A stretch of 61,023 bases of DNA from Vulcanimicrobiaceae bacterium (GCA_046262595.1 JBHEMM010000004.1:21761-82783); one strand, 5' to 3'. Counted from the stretch's first letter, positions 1 to 11,141 are shown. Notes: generated by a model from the sequence alone, not told the origin. Numbers and translations: made by a program.

Positions 1-1956
1 GTCCTCGGGCAGCTCGGGATCGAGCGTGCGCGCATGGGCGCGCAGGTACGACATCGCCGCCTCCGCCGACTCGCGCATGACGTCGCCGAGCTGACCGGTC
101 AGCACGAGTTTTCCCGTCCCCGGCATCACCGTCGTTTCGATGAACAGAATGTCGCCGCCGACGGGCGTATAGAACATGCCGGTCGAGACGCCGACCGAGG
201 CCACGCGCTTTTTGACCTCGTTGTAAAAGCGCGGCTTGCTCAAGAACTCACCCAAGTTCTCGGGCTTCACGCGGCCTTTGTACCGTGCGTTCTCCGCGAC
301 CTGACGCGCGATCTTGCGGAAGACGGTACCGATCTCGCGCTCCAGGTTGCGCACGCCGGCCTCGCGCGTGTAGTCGGTGATGATCGTCCGCAGTGCGCCG
401 TCGTTGATCGCCGCCTGCGTTTCCTTCACCCCGTTCGCCTTGCGCTGCTTGGGAATCAGGTACCGTTTGGCAATCTGCGTCTTCTCGAGTTCCGTATAAC
501 CGGAGAGCTCGATGATCTCCATGCGGTCGCGCAGCGGGCCGCTGATCGTATCCAGCGTGTTTGCCGTGCATACGAAGAGTACTTGCGAGAGGTCGAACGG
601 CAAGTCGAGATAGTGGTCGCGGAACGAATTGTTTTGCTCTGGGTCGAGCACTTCGAGCAGCGCCGACTGCGGGTCGCCGCGGTAATCGGAGCCGACCTTG
701 TCGATCTCGTCGATCATCATCACGGGATTGCGCGTGCCCGCGTCACGGATGGCGCGCACGATGGTGCCCGGCATCGAGCCGATGTACGTGCGGCGGTGTC
801 CGCGAATCTCGGATTCGTCCCGTACGCCGCCCACCGATAACCGGACGAACTTGCGTCCCATCGCGCGGGCGATCGATTGACCGAGCGAGGTTTTGCCCAC
901 GCCGGGCGGCCCGACGAAGCAGAGAATCGGCCCGGTGAGCCGGTTTTTCAGCTTGCCGACGGCCAAATACTCGATGATCCGGTCTTTGATCTTCTCCAAG
1001 TCGTAGTGGTCTTCGTCCAAGATTTCGCGCGCGCGCTTGATGTCGATGTGGTCGGTCGTTTCCTTGCCCCACGGCAGCTGCACGAGCCAGTCCAGATACG
1101 TGCGGATCACGCTGTATTCGGGGCTCGCCTGCGGCACTTTCGCCAGCCGGTCAAGCTCGCGATCCGCCGCCTTGCGCGCGTCCTCGGGCATCTGCGCCTC
1201 GTCGATCTTTTGTCGCAGCTCGTTCGTTTCGGCTTGCTGCGGATCGACTTCGCCCAGCTCCTCCTGAATCGCGCGCAGCTGCTGGCGCAAATAGAATTCG
1301 CGCTGGTTCTTTTCCATCTCGCGCTGGATCCCGGATTGAATCTTGTGGCCGAGCTCGACGACTTCCAATTCCTTGGTGAGCAGCATCGTGAGCTTGCGCA
1401 TCCGCTTGGCAGTGTTGCGCTCTTCTAAGATCGCCTGGCGGTCGGCCGTCTCCAACCGCATCGTCGAGGCGACGAAGTAGGTGAGCAAATTGGGATCGGT
1501 GATGTTCTGGACTTCCATTTCCATCTCACGCGGCGCTTGCGGCAGAAAGCCCAGGAGTTTCTGGAACAAGCCGCCCAAATTGCGCTGCATTGCGACCAGC
1601 TCGTCCGAGGCATCGGCGATGTCCGGCAACTCGGTATAGCGCGCGATCATATAGGGCTCGGTTTGCTCGAACTTGTCGATCTTAAAGACCGTCTGGCCCG
1701 AAACGATGCAGCGCAGCGTGCCGTCCGGAACCTTAAGCATCTTCTGCACCGTGCCGATCGTGCCGATACGATGCACGTCATCGGGGCCCGGGTTCTCCGT
1801 ATCCTTATCTTTGAGTACGGTCAGCCCGATCGGTTTGCCCTCGCGCAGCGCTTCTTCAACGAGTTGAATGCCCGGCTTTTTCACCACGGCGAGCGGAATA
1901 ACGGTGTTGGGAAAAAGGACCGCTTCTTGCAGCGGAAGGATGCCGATCGAGCTCAT
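1..1956 (-). CDS. lon: ATP-dependent Lon protease (3' end runs off window)
   Basis: Manual translation from ATG at 1956 gives MSSIGILPLQEAVLFPNTVIPL (LON N-domain), then Walker A ILCFVGPPGVGKTSL and RGHRRTYIGSMPG. Not in the ORF track because it has no stop in the window. Confidence 0.97.
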   Translation of the reverse strand, partial: MSSIGILPLQEAVLFPNTVIPLAVVKKPGIQLVEEALREGKPIGLTVLKDKDTENPGPDDVHRIGTIGTVQKMLKVPDGTLRCIVSGQTVFKIDKFEQTEPYMIARYTELPDIADASDELVAMQRNLGGLFQKLLGFLPQAPREMEMEVQNITDPNLLTYFVASTMRLETADRQAILEERNTAKRMRKLTMLLTKELEVVELGHKIQSGIQREMEKNQREFYLRQQLRAIQEELGEVDPQQAETNELRQKIDEAQMPEDARKAADRELDRLAKVPQASPEYSVIRTYLDWLVQLPWGKETTDHIDIKRAREILDEDHYDLEKIKDRIIEYLAVGKLKNRLTGPILCFVGPPGVGKTSLGQSIARAMGRKFVRLSVGGVRDESEIRGHRRTYIGSMPGTIVRAIRDAGTRNPVMMIDEIDKVGSDYRGDPQSALLEVLDPEQNNSFRDHYLDLPFDLSQVLFVCTANTLDTISGPLRDRMEIIELSGYTELEKTQIAKRYLIPKQRKANGVKETQAAINDGALRTIITDYTREAGVRNLEREIGTVFRKIARQVAENARYKGRVKPENLGEFLSKPRFYNEVKKRVASVGVSTGMFYTPVGGDILFIETTVMPGTGKLVLTGQLGDVMRESAEAAMSYLRAHARTLDPELPED

Positions 1957-1957
1957 G

Positions 1958-2356
1958 TTATGCGAGAATCCTTTTGACGGTGACGTGAATCTCCGTTCGC
2001 ATCACCGGAATGTATTCGGAAGCAGCCACCGGCAGCGCGAGCGTGAGCATGCCGTCAACATAGGTTGCCGTCACTTCGCCGTACTCAACGCTTACGGGCA
2101 GGTGCAGTTTTTTCATGAACTCGCCGTCCGGAATCTCTTTTTGCAGCAGCGACCCGTCGCGCAGACGCATTGTCCGCGCGCGCCGTCCCGAGATGAACAA
2201 GTGGCGGCCGTCGATGAACGCCTGAAGGCTTTCCGGCTCGACGCCGGCCAATTCCACACGGACCAAGACGCGGCGCGACGACTCGTCGATGACGAGGTCC
2301 GCGTTGGGTTCCCACCGGCCGCCATGCGGGCGGCGCACCAACTCTTGAAAGTCCAT
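1958..2356 (-). CDS. Hsp20/alpha-crystallin small heat-shock protein
   Basis: WEPNADL...VELAGV...ATYVDGMLTLALP motifs; start at MDFQ (2356); stop is 1 nt upstream of the lon ATG. Confidence 0.9.
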   Translation of the reverse strand: MDFQELVRRPHGGRWEPNADLVIDESSRRVLVRVELAGVEPESLQAFIDGRHLFISGRRARTMRLRDGSLLQKEIPDGEFMKKLHLPVSVEYGEVTATYVDGMLTLALPVAASEYIPVMRTEIHVTVKRILA

Positions 2357-2378
2357 TCCAGGCGTATAACCCTCGTGG

Positions 2379-2405
2379 TTAGCAACCGGATTCGTAAACT
2401 GCTCA
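2379..2405. promoter_or_regulatory. Degenerate CIRCE-like inverted repeat upstream of hsp20-lon
   Basis: TTAGCAACC-N9-AACTGCTCA versus consensus TTAGCACTC-N9-GAGTGCTAA; exact 9-nt spacer; lies upstream of heat-shock genes. Confidence 0.4.
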
Positions 2406-2540
2406 TTTTGCGCTGAGCGCGAGGCCTCCCTGGCCCGCCCGGTTCCCGGCACCAAGGGCCCGATGGCCCAGAACACGCTCTGTTGAAAGCCCCGCGACCG
2501 CGCGCCCATAGGCTGCTACCATATCCGATAGGAGGCTGCC

Positions 2541-2666
2541 ATGCACGAAATCGACCTGCCGCGCCGCTCCGATGCGTTTTGCGACGAGGCGACGATCGGC
2601 CGCGATGCCGGGCTCCCGCGTTCAGAATCGCGGGCAGCGACGCTTTCCGAGTATGCGGGTGCATGA
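2541..2666 (+). CDS. 41-aa small ORF coupled to the flippase gene
   Basis: Extended -10 TGcTACCAT (2514-2522), SD AGGAGG (2530-2535), ATG 2541; TGA overlaps the flippase ATG (ATGA at 2663-2666). MHEIDLPRRSDAFCDEATIGRDAGLPRSESRAATLSEYAGA. Confidence 0.5.
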   Translation: MHEIDLPRRSDAFCDEATIGRDAGLPRSESRAATLSEYAGA

Positions 2667-3955
2667 GCGAGCTCGCTAGGAAAAGCGTCGAGAACTTCGC
2701 CGCCCGCATTGCGACCCAAGCGTTCTCGATCGTCGGCGCCATCGTCGTCGCGCGGACGCTCGGCGCTTCGGGAAAGGGGCTGTTCAGTTACGCCGGCACC
2801 GTGCTCGCGATGCTGCAGATGGCGAACGCCGGGCAATCAGCCGCTATCGCTTGGCAGTATACGCAAAAGAACCGCTCACCGATGCAACTGCTGCGTTCGA
2901 TGATCGCGATCTTGAGCCGCATTGCGCTTCCCGTCGCCCTCGCACTGGTCGCCGTTGCGCTGTTCGTGCCCGGGCAGCGCGCGCTTCTGGCGGTCGCCGC
3001 GGCATTACCTTTCGCGCTCTTTGCGCAATCGGCTACCGGTTTTTTCTTTGCCGACAGCGACGTGCGGATGATCAATCTTCAGCAAATCCTCATCGGCGTT
3101 GTTTCCGTCGCGATCTATATACCGCTGCTCGTGTTTGCGCACGCCGGCCTGAACGCACTGCTCGCGGTATGGATCGCCGGATACGTTGGCGGCGCGATCT
3201 ACACCGCGATCCGCTTGCGCTCGTATGCGCGGAAAACGGCCGGCGACGACAACGCGCAGGTAACGCGGGAGCAGCTGCGCTACGGCAGCCAAGTAAGTTT
3301 GAATAGCGCCGTGCAGTTTCTGAACTTTCGCATCGACGTCTTCATCATCATGTTCATGCTCGGCAATACGGCGCTCGGCGTCTACTCCATCGGCATCGGC
3401 ATCGGCGAACTGCTCTGGCAGCTCAGCCGGCCAATGGCAACCGCGGCGTTCGGCGCGATCGCGCGCGGGACGGAGTCGCAAGCCGCCGACGCAACCGCAA
3501 CGTGCATGCGGCACTCCTTTTTGCTGGTGGCCTTGGCCTCCATCGCGGTGTTCTTCATCGCGCCCCCGCTCGTGCCGCTCGTCTACGGAAAAGCCTTTGC
3601 CCAGGCAGGCCTGGTCGCGCGCGTGCTGTTGCCGGGAATCATCGCTTACAGTATGATGCCGACGCTCGCAACGTTCTTCGGCCAGCAGCTCGGCAAGCCG
3701 AAGATTCCGCTCGTCATCAGCACGGTTTCAACGCTGCTTTGCGCCGGGATTACCATACTGGCCGTGCCGAGTATGGGCATCGTCGGGGGCGCCGTCGCCA
3801 CATCGATTACTTACGTGCTTGCGTTTGCGGCGGCGGCAATGTATTTCATGCAGCGCACGCGCATCGCGCCGCTCCAGCTGTTCAAGCTGACGCGGCGCGA
3901 TTTGCGTCCATACCGGGCGCTGCTCCAGTACAAACCGACGAGACGCGGCGTCTAG
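2663..3955 (+). CDS. Oligosaccharide flippase (Wzx/MOP superfamily)
   Basis: About 12 hydrophobic segments; VVARTLGASGKG, FLNFRIDVFII, LGVYSI and MGIVGGAVATSITY are typical polysaccharide-transporter motifs. Confidence 0.85.
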   Translation: MSELARKSVENFAARIATQAFSIVGAIVVARTLGASGKGLFSYAGTVLAMLQMANAGQSAAIAWQYTQKNRSPMQLLRSMIAILSRIALPVALALVAVALFVPGQRALLAVAAALPFALFAQSATGFFFADSDVRMINLQQILIGVVSVAIYIPLLVFAHAGLNALLAVWIAGYVGGAIYTAIRLRSYARKTAGDDNAQVTREQLRYGSQVSLNSAVQFLNFRIDVFIIMFMLGNTALGVYSIGIGIGELLWQLSRPMATAAFGAIARGTESQAADATATCMRHSFLLVALASIAVFFIAPPLVPLVYGKAFAQAGLVARVLLPGIIAYSMMPTLATFFGQQLGKPKIPLVISTVSTLLCAGITILAVPSMGIVGGAVATSITYVLAFAAAAMYFMQRTRIAPLQLFKLTRRDLRPYRALLQYKPTRRGV

Positions 3956-4314
3956 TGGATTTTTGAGGGTATCTGCGAGCCTGACTTTTTGTTGCTGTTG
4001 TTCAAGATGTAGATCTTGTCGGCGTGGCGGATTCCGAGCACCTTCTGATCGTACACGACGCGGACGTACTGTCCGGCTTTGAGATATTTCATCTGGTACG
4101 TCGTCTTGCCGTTGCCCGAAAACACTTGGTCGAACTTGGGCGTGAGCACGAATCCCAGTGTGAGCTTGGCCTTGGGGTCGAAGACCTTGACGCTGTTCAC
4201 AGAAACGTGAACCACGTCACCGTAGAAGTTGTTCGTTTTACCGGCGAGGGCCGCTTGGGGAGCGGCAAATGCGGCTAAAAAAAGCACCGCAAAAAGTGCG
4301 CGTAGTATTCGCAT
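3952..4314 (-). CDS. Secreted hypothetical protein (small beta/OB-fold-like)
   Basis: Signal peptide MRILRALFAVLFLAAFAAPQAALA; SD AAAGGAA; GxVxxV...LKAGQYVRVVY pattern. Confidence 0.75.
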   Translation of the reverse strand: MRILRALFAVLFLAAFAAPQAALAGKTNNFYGDVVHVSVNSVKVFDPKAKLTLGFVLTPKFDQVFSGNGKTTYQMKYLKAGQYVRVVYDQKVLGIRHADKIYILNNSNKKSGSQIPSKIH

Positions 4315-4385
4315 GAATTTCCTTTCGAAAGAGCCTCGAGTGAGGCACGGAGGGCTTTTACCCATTCGCGGACCATATCGCCGCC

Positions 4386-5744
4386 ATGGAAGTGCGCAAG
4401 CGTCCAGGGCTGGCCCGCCGGCTGGGCGTCTACGATGCGGCGCTCATCGTCATGGGCGGCATCATCGGCTCCGGTATCTTCCGCAATCCCTCGGTCGTCG
4501 CGGCGCGGCTGCATGTGCCGGCACTGATCTTAGCGGCGTGGGGACTGGGCGGAGCGGTTGCCTTGGTGGGCGGCTTTATCTTTGCCGAACTGGCGGCGCG
4601 CCGGCCGGAGACCGGCGGCCTGTACGCCTATATGCGCGACGCCTACCACCCGGTAGTCGCGTTCATGTACGGGTGGACGCTCCTGCTGGTCTCCCAAAGC
4701 GGCGGCGCCGCGGCGTCGGCCGTCACGTTCGCCGGCTACTTCCACGGCCTGAACGCCGCCTGGCATCCGAACGAACAAATCGTGGCGGCGGCAACGCTCG
4801 GTTTTCTGACGCTGATCAACTGTTTGGGCGTGCGCGCAGGCAGTAACGTGCAGAACGTCTTCATGGTGATCAAGATCGGCGCCATCGCGTTGCTCATCGG
4901 CGCCGGCCTTTTCGCGCATCCGGGCCCGCAGGCCGCGATGCACGCGCAAGCTTTCGGAAGTTCGATGGATCTCCTGAGCGCGATGGGCTTTGCGATGGTG
5001 CCGGTGCTTTTTGCGTACAGCGGCTGGCAAACGTCGAGCTTTATGACCGGCGAGCTTAAAGACCCAAAACGGACGCTTGCGATCGGGATGATCGCCGGCG
5101 TCAGCGTCGTCGTCGTCCTCTACATGCTGGTCAATATCGTTTCACTGCGCGTTTTAGGACCGCTGGGTCTGATGCAGACGACGACGCCTGCATCGGATGT
5201 GATGCAGCTGGTGCTGGGCCCGCGCGGCGCGCAGTTGATAGCGGCTGCGGTGATGCTCTCGACCTTCGGCTTCATGAGCAATCAGATCCTCACCTCACCG
5301 CGCGTCTATTACGCAATGGCGAAAGACGGCGTTTTCTTTAAACAAGTCGCGTGGGTGCACCCTGCTTCACGCGTGCCCGTGATCGCGATCGCCCTGCAAG
5401 GCATTTTCGCAATCGTCATCGCGCTCTCGGGCAAATACGATCAGATGCAAAATTACGTGACGTCCGTCGATTACGTTTTTTTCACGCTTTCCGCTATCGC
5501 AATCTTTATCTTCCGCGCGCGGGATCGTTCCGCAGGACGTGCCGAGCCCGCATTTCGCGTTCCTGGACATCCGTATTCAACAGCGCTTTTCGCTCTGGCG
5601 GCAGGCGCTGTGGTGCTGGACACCTACGTCAAGTCGCCCGCCAACAGCCTCATCGGCGTGGGTCTGCTCGCGCTCGCGGTCCCCGCTTATTTCGCTTTTG
5701 CGCGCAGCCGGCGGTTTGCCTCAGAGGCAGCCCGGGAACAGTAG
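4386..5744 (+). CDS. APC-family amino acid permease
   Basis: GGIIGSGIF, FAELAA...GGLYAY, LFAYSGW, PRVYYAMAKDG; 12 TM pattern. Confidence 0.95.
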   Translation: MEVRKRPGLARRLGVYDAALIVMGGIIGSGIFRNPSVVAARLHVPALILAAWGLGGAVALVGGFIFAELAARRPETGGLYAYMRDAYHPVVAFMYGWTLLLVSQSGGAAASAVTFAGYFHGLNAAWHPNEQIVAAATLGFLTLINCLGVRAGSNVQNVFMVIKIGAIALLIGAGLFAHPGPQAAMHAQAFGSSMDLLSAMGFAMVPVLFAYSGWQTSSFMTGELKDPKRTLAIGMIAGVSVVVVLYMLVNIVSLRVLGPLGLMQTTTPASDVMQLVLGPRGAQLIAAAVMLSTFGFMSNQILTSPRVYYAMAKDGVFFKQVAWVHPASRVPVIAIALQGIFAIVIALSGKYDQMQNYVTSVDYVFFTLSAIAIFIFRARDRSAGRAEPAFRVPGHPYSTALFALAAGAVVLDTYVKSPANSLIGVGLLALAVPAYFAFARSRRFASEAAREQ

Positions 5745-5748
5745 CCCC

Positions 5749-6183
5749 ATGGCGAGCCTCTTAAGATTTGCCGCCGCCTTCGCCGTTGCGGCGCTCGCGT
5801 CGTGCACAACGCCTGCGCACCACGCCGCTGCGCAGGCAGCGGACGCACGTTGCGGCGCGCGGGCGGCGCAGCTGATGAATTCCAGCACCGGCTCAGTGAG
5901 CGCGCGTCGCTATGAAGCTGCCTCGCGCAAGGCTGAGGGCGCGGCGCGCATTTGGCTGGGCTGCGGCGACCGGTGGCGCGGCGCGAACGCGATGATCGTC
6001 GCCGCCGAACTGGCGCACCAGCACGGAGATGCCGCGCATGCACGCTCGCTGGTGCATCAAGGCTTTGCGATCATGCACGGCTTGCGGAAAACAGTGAGTG
6101 TAAACGCCATGCAGTCGTCGCTGCTCGCCGATAAACTGCATTCGGCAGCGCGCGATATGCGCGGCGAGTGGTCGTACTGGTAA
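5749..6183 (+). CDS. Hypothetical lipoprotein (helical)
   Basis: ATG 4 nt after the permease stop; lipobox ALASC. Confidence 0.7.
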   Translation: MASLLRFAAAFAVAALASCTTPAHHAAAQAADARCGARAAQLMNSSTGSVSARRYEAASRKAEGAARIWLGCGDRWRGANAMIVAAELAHQHGDAAHARSLVHQGFAIMHGLRKTVSVNAMQSSLLADKLHSAARDMRGEWSYW

Positions 6184-6223
6184 AGTGAGGGACACCGCGC
6201 TCGCGCGCGGTGTCCTCATTGCT

Positions 6224-6724
6224 CTAGGTACTCAGGTCGCCGCAGGAAACGTACCGTTTCAAGTTGTGCTGATCGTGTACATTGATTGCGTAGTGACCCT
6301 TTTTGATTTGGTCCAGCGTTACGCCCGCGACGTGCGTCGTCGACGCACCGTTCACCACCGCGGCGAGCGGTTTCCATGGAACCGGGTCGAGATTCTTGCA
6401 GGTTCCCCGGTGAATATGGGCGGGCTCCGAGCCGCCTTTCGGCTCGTTGAAGACTTTGACGACAACGCTCAGGCCGTTGCCGGTCGTTCCGACGCTCGCC
6501 GAACCGTCCTGTTTGGAGCTGTTCATGGCGCCCATGTTGACGTTGAGCACTTTGCCCGTCATCTCGTTGTGCGCTTTGTGCAGCGGATTGATTTGTTTCA
6601 TGTGGGAACCCGTCGTTTGCGTGTTCCCTGTATTCGTCTGGTTGCTCGAGCCGCTGCCGCAGGCGGCCAGAACCAGAGCCATACCGGCCGCAAGGAGCGC
6701 CGGCGCAAGAGTGCGTGTATTCAT
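6224..6724 (-). CDS. Lipoprotein with CHRD/Cu-Zn SOD-like His motifs
   Basis: Lipobox LAAC; PAHIHRGTC...YAINVH...SCGD. Confidence 0.75.
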   Translation of the reverse strand: MNTRTLAPALLAAGMALVLAACGSGSSNQTNTGNTQTTGSHMKQINPLHKAHNEMTGKVLNVNMGAMNSSKQDGSASVGTTGNGLSVVVKVFNEPKGGSEPAHIHRGTCKNLDPVPWKPLAAVVNGASTTHVAGVTLDQIKKGHYAINVHDQHNLKRYVSCGDLST

Positions 6725-6801
6725 GCTGCAGTATTGCCCGCTTTGCGTGCGTGCTAACGAGGGCGGAGTGCGCCTACTTGCTTTGGAAGCGAGGCTTCAC
6801 A

Positions 6802-6838
6802 TAAAAAGAGCGAGGCCCGCAACGCGGAGCCTCGCTCT
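6802..6838 (-). terminator. Rho-independent terminator of groESL
   Basis: AGAGCGAGGC...GCCTCGCTCT stem followed by a T-run on the minus strand. Confidence 0.85.
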
Positions 6839-6864
6839 CAAATGGCCCTCGCCTGAAGCGAAGG

Positions 6865-8541
<1,677 letters not shown>

Positions 8542-8847
8542 TTAAACGCCGGCCGGGACTTTGTCGACAATTGCGAGGACGTCTTTTTCCGAGATGATCA
8601 GATACTCGGTGCCTTCGAGCTTCACTTCGGAGCCCGAGTACTTCGAGTAGATGATCCGGTCGCCGACCTTGACGTCCATCGCAAGTTTGGTGCCGTTGTC
8701 GAGCGTGCGGCCGGAGCCGACCGCCTTGACGAGACCTTCTTGGGGTTTCTCTTTGGCGGTATCCGGCAGAAACACGCCGCCGGCGCTCTTATCCGCCTGT
8801 TCTACGTGCTCGACGACCACGCGATCGCCCAATGGCTTGAGATTCAC
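8542..8847 (-). CDS. groES: Co-chaperonin GroES
   Basis: LKPLGDRVV...[12 protein letters not shown] start at 8847 behind AGGAGG. Confidence 0.99.
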   Translation of the reverse strand: MNLKPLGDRVVVEHVEQADKSAGGVFLPDTAKEKPQEGLVKAVGSGRTLDNGTKLAMDVKVGDRIIYSKYSGSEVKLEGTEYLIISEKDVLAIVDKVPAGV

Positions 8848-8873
8848 TAAATAGCCTCCTAAAATTCGTGGCG

Positions 8874-8900
8874 TTGGCACTCTCAGCAAATGAGTGCCAG
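8874..8900. promoter_or_regulatory. CIRCE (HrcA operator) 1
   Basis: TTGGCACTC-N9-GAGTGCCAG. Confidence 0.92.
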
Positions 8901-8907
8901 CCGAGCG

Positions 8908-8937
8908 ATCTTAGCAGACGCGCGCCATGAGTGCAAG
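8908..8937 (-). promoter_or_regulatory. sigmaA promoter of groESL overlapped by CIRCE 2
   Basis: Minus strand TTGCAC-N17-TAAGAT; overlapping CIRCE TTAGCAGAC-N9-GAGTGCAAG (8911-8937). Confidence 0.88.
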
Positions 8938-9048
8938 CCATAAAAGCCGCAAGGCGAGCGCGACGACGCTTCGGGCTTGGGCTCCCACGGCGCGCACGTC
9001 CCGGCGGCTATTCGGTGGGGAAACGCCCCAGCCGACCCCTCGCCGTCG

Positions 9049-9972
9049 TCATTTCGTGGGCTGCGGATGCGGCTTGAACGGATCGAAATGCATGATCGTG
9101 CGGTGCAGCCAGCCATGCCGTCTGGGCGCCGGCGGCGGCGTGATGAGTTTTACCGCACGCGGCGCGATCACCGGCACCGCCGTTTGGTCGGGCATCGGCG
9201 TCGCATCGGTATACGGCTGCGGCATGTCGCTCGTGTCGATCGGCGCCGCCTGCGTGGGACTGGCAGACGGACGCGCCGGCTGCGGCACCGTAACGACCGC
9301 TTCTCCTTGCGCCACGGGAAGGGAAGACGGACGCGCCCGCTGCCGTTGCATGCGGGCCGGAACCGGCGGCAACAGCTGCGGCGCGGCCGTTACCGGCGCG
9401 AAACCCGCAGCCGGCGCCTGCGGCACCGCGACGGCGATACGATGCTGCAACGGCACAGGCGTGACGCGCGCCGGGCGCCGACGACGCGCAGGCGCAACGG
9501 CGATCTTCGGCAAGACGATGTACGGCGTCGGAAGCGCGTTCGCCGTTTGCACGCGGGCGGTTCGTGCGTACTGCGCTCCGCCGGCCGCAGCGAGCGCAAG
9601 TGCTGCGACGAACATGGCGCCGAGGGCAACGGCGCGGCCCGGGCGCCGCGAGCGCTCGTCCGCGAATCCCACGGTGCGTTCGCCGCCGGCCTTCGCCAAC
9701 ACCGCTTCGCCGAATGCGCGCCCGAAAAGCGGAATCGCGCGCAGGTTGCTTTTAAGCGATTGCGCAAACGCGGTTTGCAGTGATGCTTGTTGCTCGTGCG
9801 CGTTCACGTCTGCGAATTCGGAAACGTAATACTCGTTTAGCCGCGGCAGCGCCGCGTCGATCAATTCGTGAATTTCCGGCGCGGAAAGCGAGCGCACGTG
9901 ACGATCGACGGCTTGAGCGAGATCGAACGGGTCGGTTTGGGCTAAAACCTGATCGAGACGGTGGACGAGCAC
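9049..9972 (-). CDS. Hypothetical single-TM protein with Pro-rich C-terminus
   Basis: Helical N-domain, TM AVALGAMFVAALALAAAGG, Pro/Ala-rich tail; start GTG 9972 (alternative ATG 10005). Confidence 0.7.
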   Translation of the reverse strand: MLVHRLDQVLAQTDPFDLAQAVDRHVRSLSAPEIHELIDAALPRLNEYYVSEFADVNAHEQQASLQTAFAQSLKSNLRAIPLFGRAFGEAVLAKAGGERTVGFADERSRRPGRAVALGAMFVAALALAAAGGAQYARTARVQTANALPTPYIVLPKIAVAPARRRRPARVTPVPLQHRIAVAVPQAPAAGFAPVTAAPQLLPPVPARMQRQRARPSSLPVAQGEAVVTVPQPARPSASPTQAAPIDTSDMPQPYTDATPMPDQTAVPVIAPRAVKLITPPPAPRRHGWLHRTIMHFDPFKPHPQPTK

Positions 9973-10003
9973 GTCCTTCGTATACCCGTCTGCGGCGGCG
10001 AGC

Positions 10004-11140
10004 ATGATCGGTGCGGTTCATATCGCGCGTGACGCCTTGCAAGAGAACGCGCGCTCTCTCGCTGCTTTCATCGCGCCGTGCGATCCGGCGTTCGTCGTGA
10101 AGGCGAACGCCTACGGCCACGGACTCGTGGAAACGGCGCGGACGCTCGAGCCCTTCACGAAGCGTCTTTGCGTCTACTCGGTTCAGGAGGCGCTTGCATT
10201 GCGCAGCGCCGGCATCCGCTGCGCGATTTTTGCGATGGGTCCGGTCGAAACAAGTGCGCTCGATGACGCGATTGCCGGCCGCATCGAGCTCGCGCTTTGG
10301 GATACCGGTTGCTACCTGCGCGCACTTACCAATGCAGCGAGGGCGCGCAACGCACGCTGCGCCGTTCACGTGAAGATCGATACCGGCGTCGCACGTTTAG
10401 GATTGGAACCGCAAAAGGCGCCGTCCGCGATCGAAGGATTTTTGCGCACGCGCGAGATCCACGTCACCGGTATTTTCTCTCATCTCGCGGCCGCCGAAGA
10501 ACTGGATTCGCCGTTCACCGCTTCACAGCTCGAGAAATACAACGGCGTTCTTTCGGCGATAGGTCCCGCGCTGCAACCGGCGGGTGCGAAACCGCTTCGC
10601 CACATCGCGGCATCGGCGGCAGCGATGCTGTGGCCGCAGACTCGTTTGGATTTTGCGCGCACCGGCATTGCGCTCTACGGCATCTGGCCTTCGGCGCAAA
10701 CGCGTGAAGCGATGAACGGCTCGGCGCTGCAATTGCGGCCCGCACTCTCGCTGCATTCGCAACTCGTTGCTGTGCGTGATGTCGAAGCGGGCACCGCGGT
10801 CGGATACGGCGGTACCTATCACGCACCTGCGTCGACCCGCATCGGCGTTGTCCCGCTCGGTTACGCGGACGGCATACCGCGCGCGTTTTCGAACCGCGGC
10901 GCATTTTTGGCGGGCGGAGCGCGCTGCCCGATCGCGGGCAGGGTATGCATGAATATGACGATGATCGATCTGGCGGCGGCGCCGCAGGCGCGTCCCGGCA
11001 GCGCCGTGACGCTGCTTGGACGCGACGGCGATGCCGAGATCGGCGCAGCCGATTGGGCCGCATGGGCGCAGACCATTGAGTACGAGATTTTGGCGCGCCT
11101 GCCCGAACATTTGCCGCGCGAATATCGTTCCGGAGAATAA
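10004..11140 (+). CDS. alr: Alanine racemase
   Basis: VVKANAYGHG PLP-lysine motif, HVKIDTG, GYADG, GRVCM. Confidence 0.97.
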   Translation: MIGAVHIARDALQENARSLAAFIAPCDPAFVVKANAYGHGLVETARTLEPFTKRLCVYSVQEALALRSAGIRCAIFAMGPVETSALDDAIAGRIELALWDTGCYLRALTNAARARNARCAVHVKIDTGVARLGLEPQKAPSAIEGFLRTREIHVTGIFSHLAAAEELDSPFTASQLEKYNGVLSAIGPALQPAGAKPLRHIAASAAAMLWPQTRLDFARTGIALYGIWPSAQTREAMNGSALQLRPALSLHSQLVAVRDVEAGTAVGYGGTYHAPASTRIGVVPLGYADGIPRAFSNRGAFLAGGARCPIAGRVCMNMTMIDLAAAPQARPGSAVTLLGRDGDAEIGAADWAAWAQTIEYEILARLPEHLPREYRSGE

Positions 11141-11141
11141 G

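Noticed and set aside
2477..2495. CTCTGTTGAAAG, resembling an IS terminal repeat or part of the raiA motif
   Set aside because: No partner repeat, no transposase, and the rest of either motif is absent.
6751..6757. GTGCTAA half-CIRCE upstream of the 6724 lipoprotein
   Set aside because: No matching second arm at 9-nt spacing; better explained as part of a -35-like GTTAGC.
9008..9052. 14-aa ORF (MTTARGRLGRFPTE) with an ATGA overlap after the Pro-rich gene
   Set aside because: Too short, with no motif or other support.
10003..10006. Divergent genes sharing a CATG (alr and ORF 9049-10005)
   Set aside because: The minus gene more plausibly starts at GTG 9972, 9 nt after a GGGTAT box, so the shared CATG is likely coincidental.
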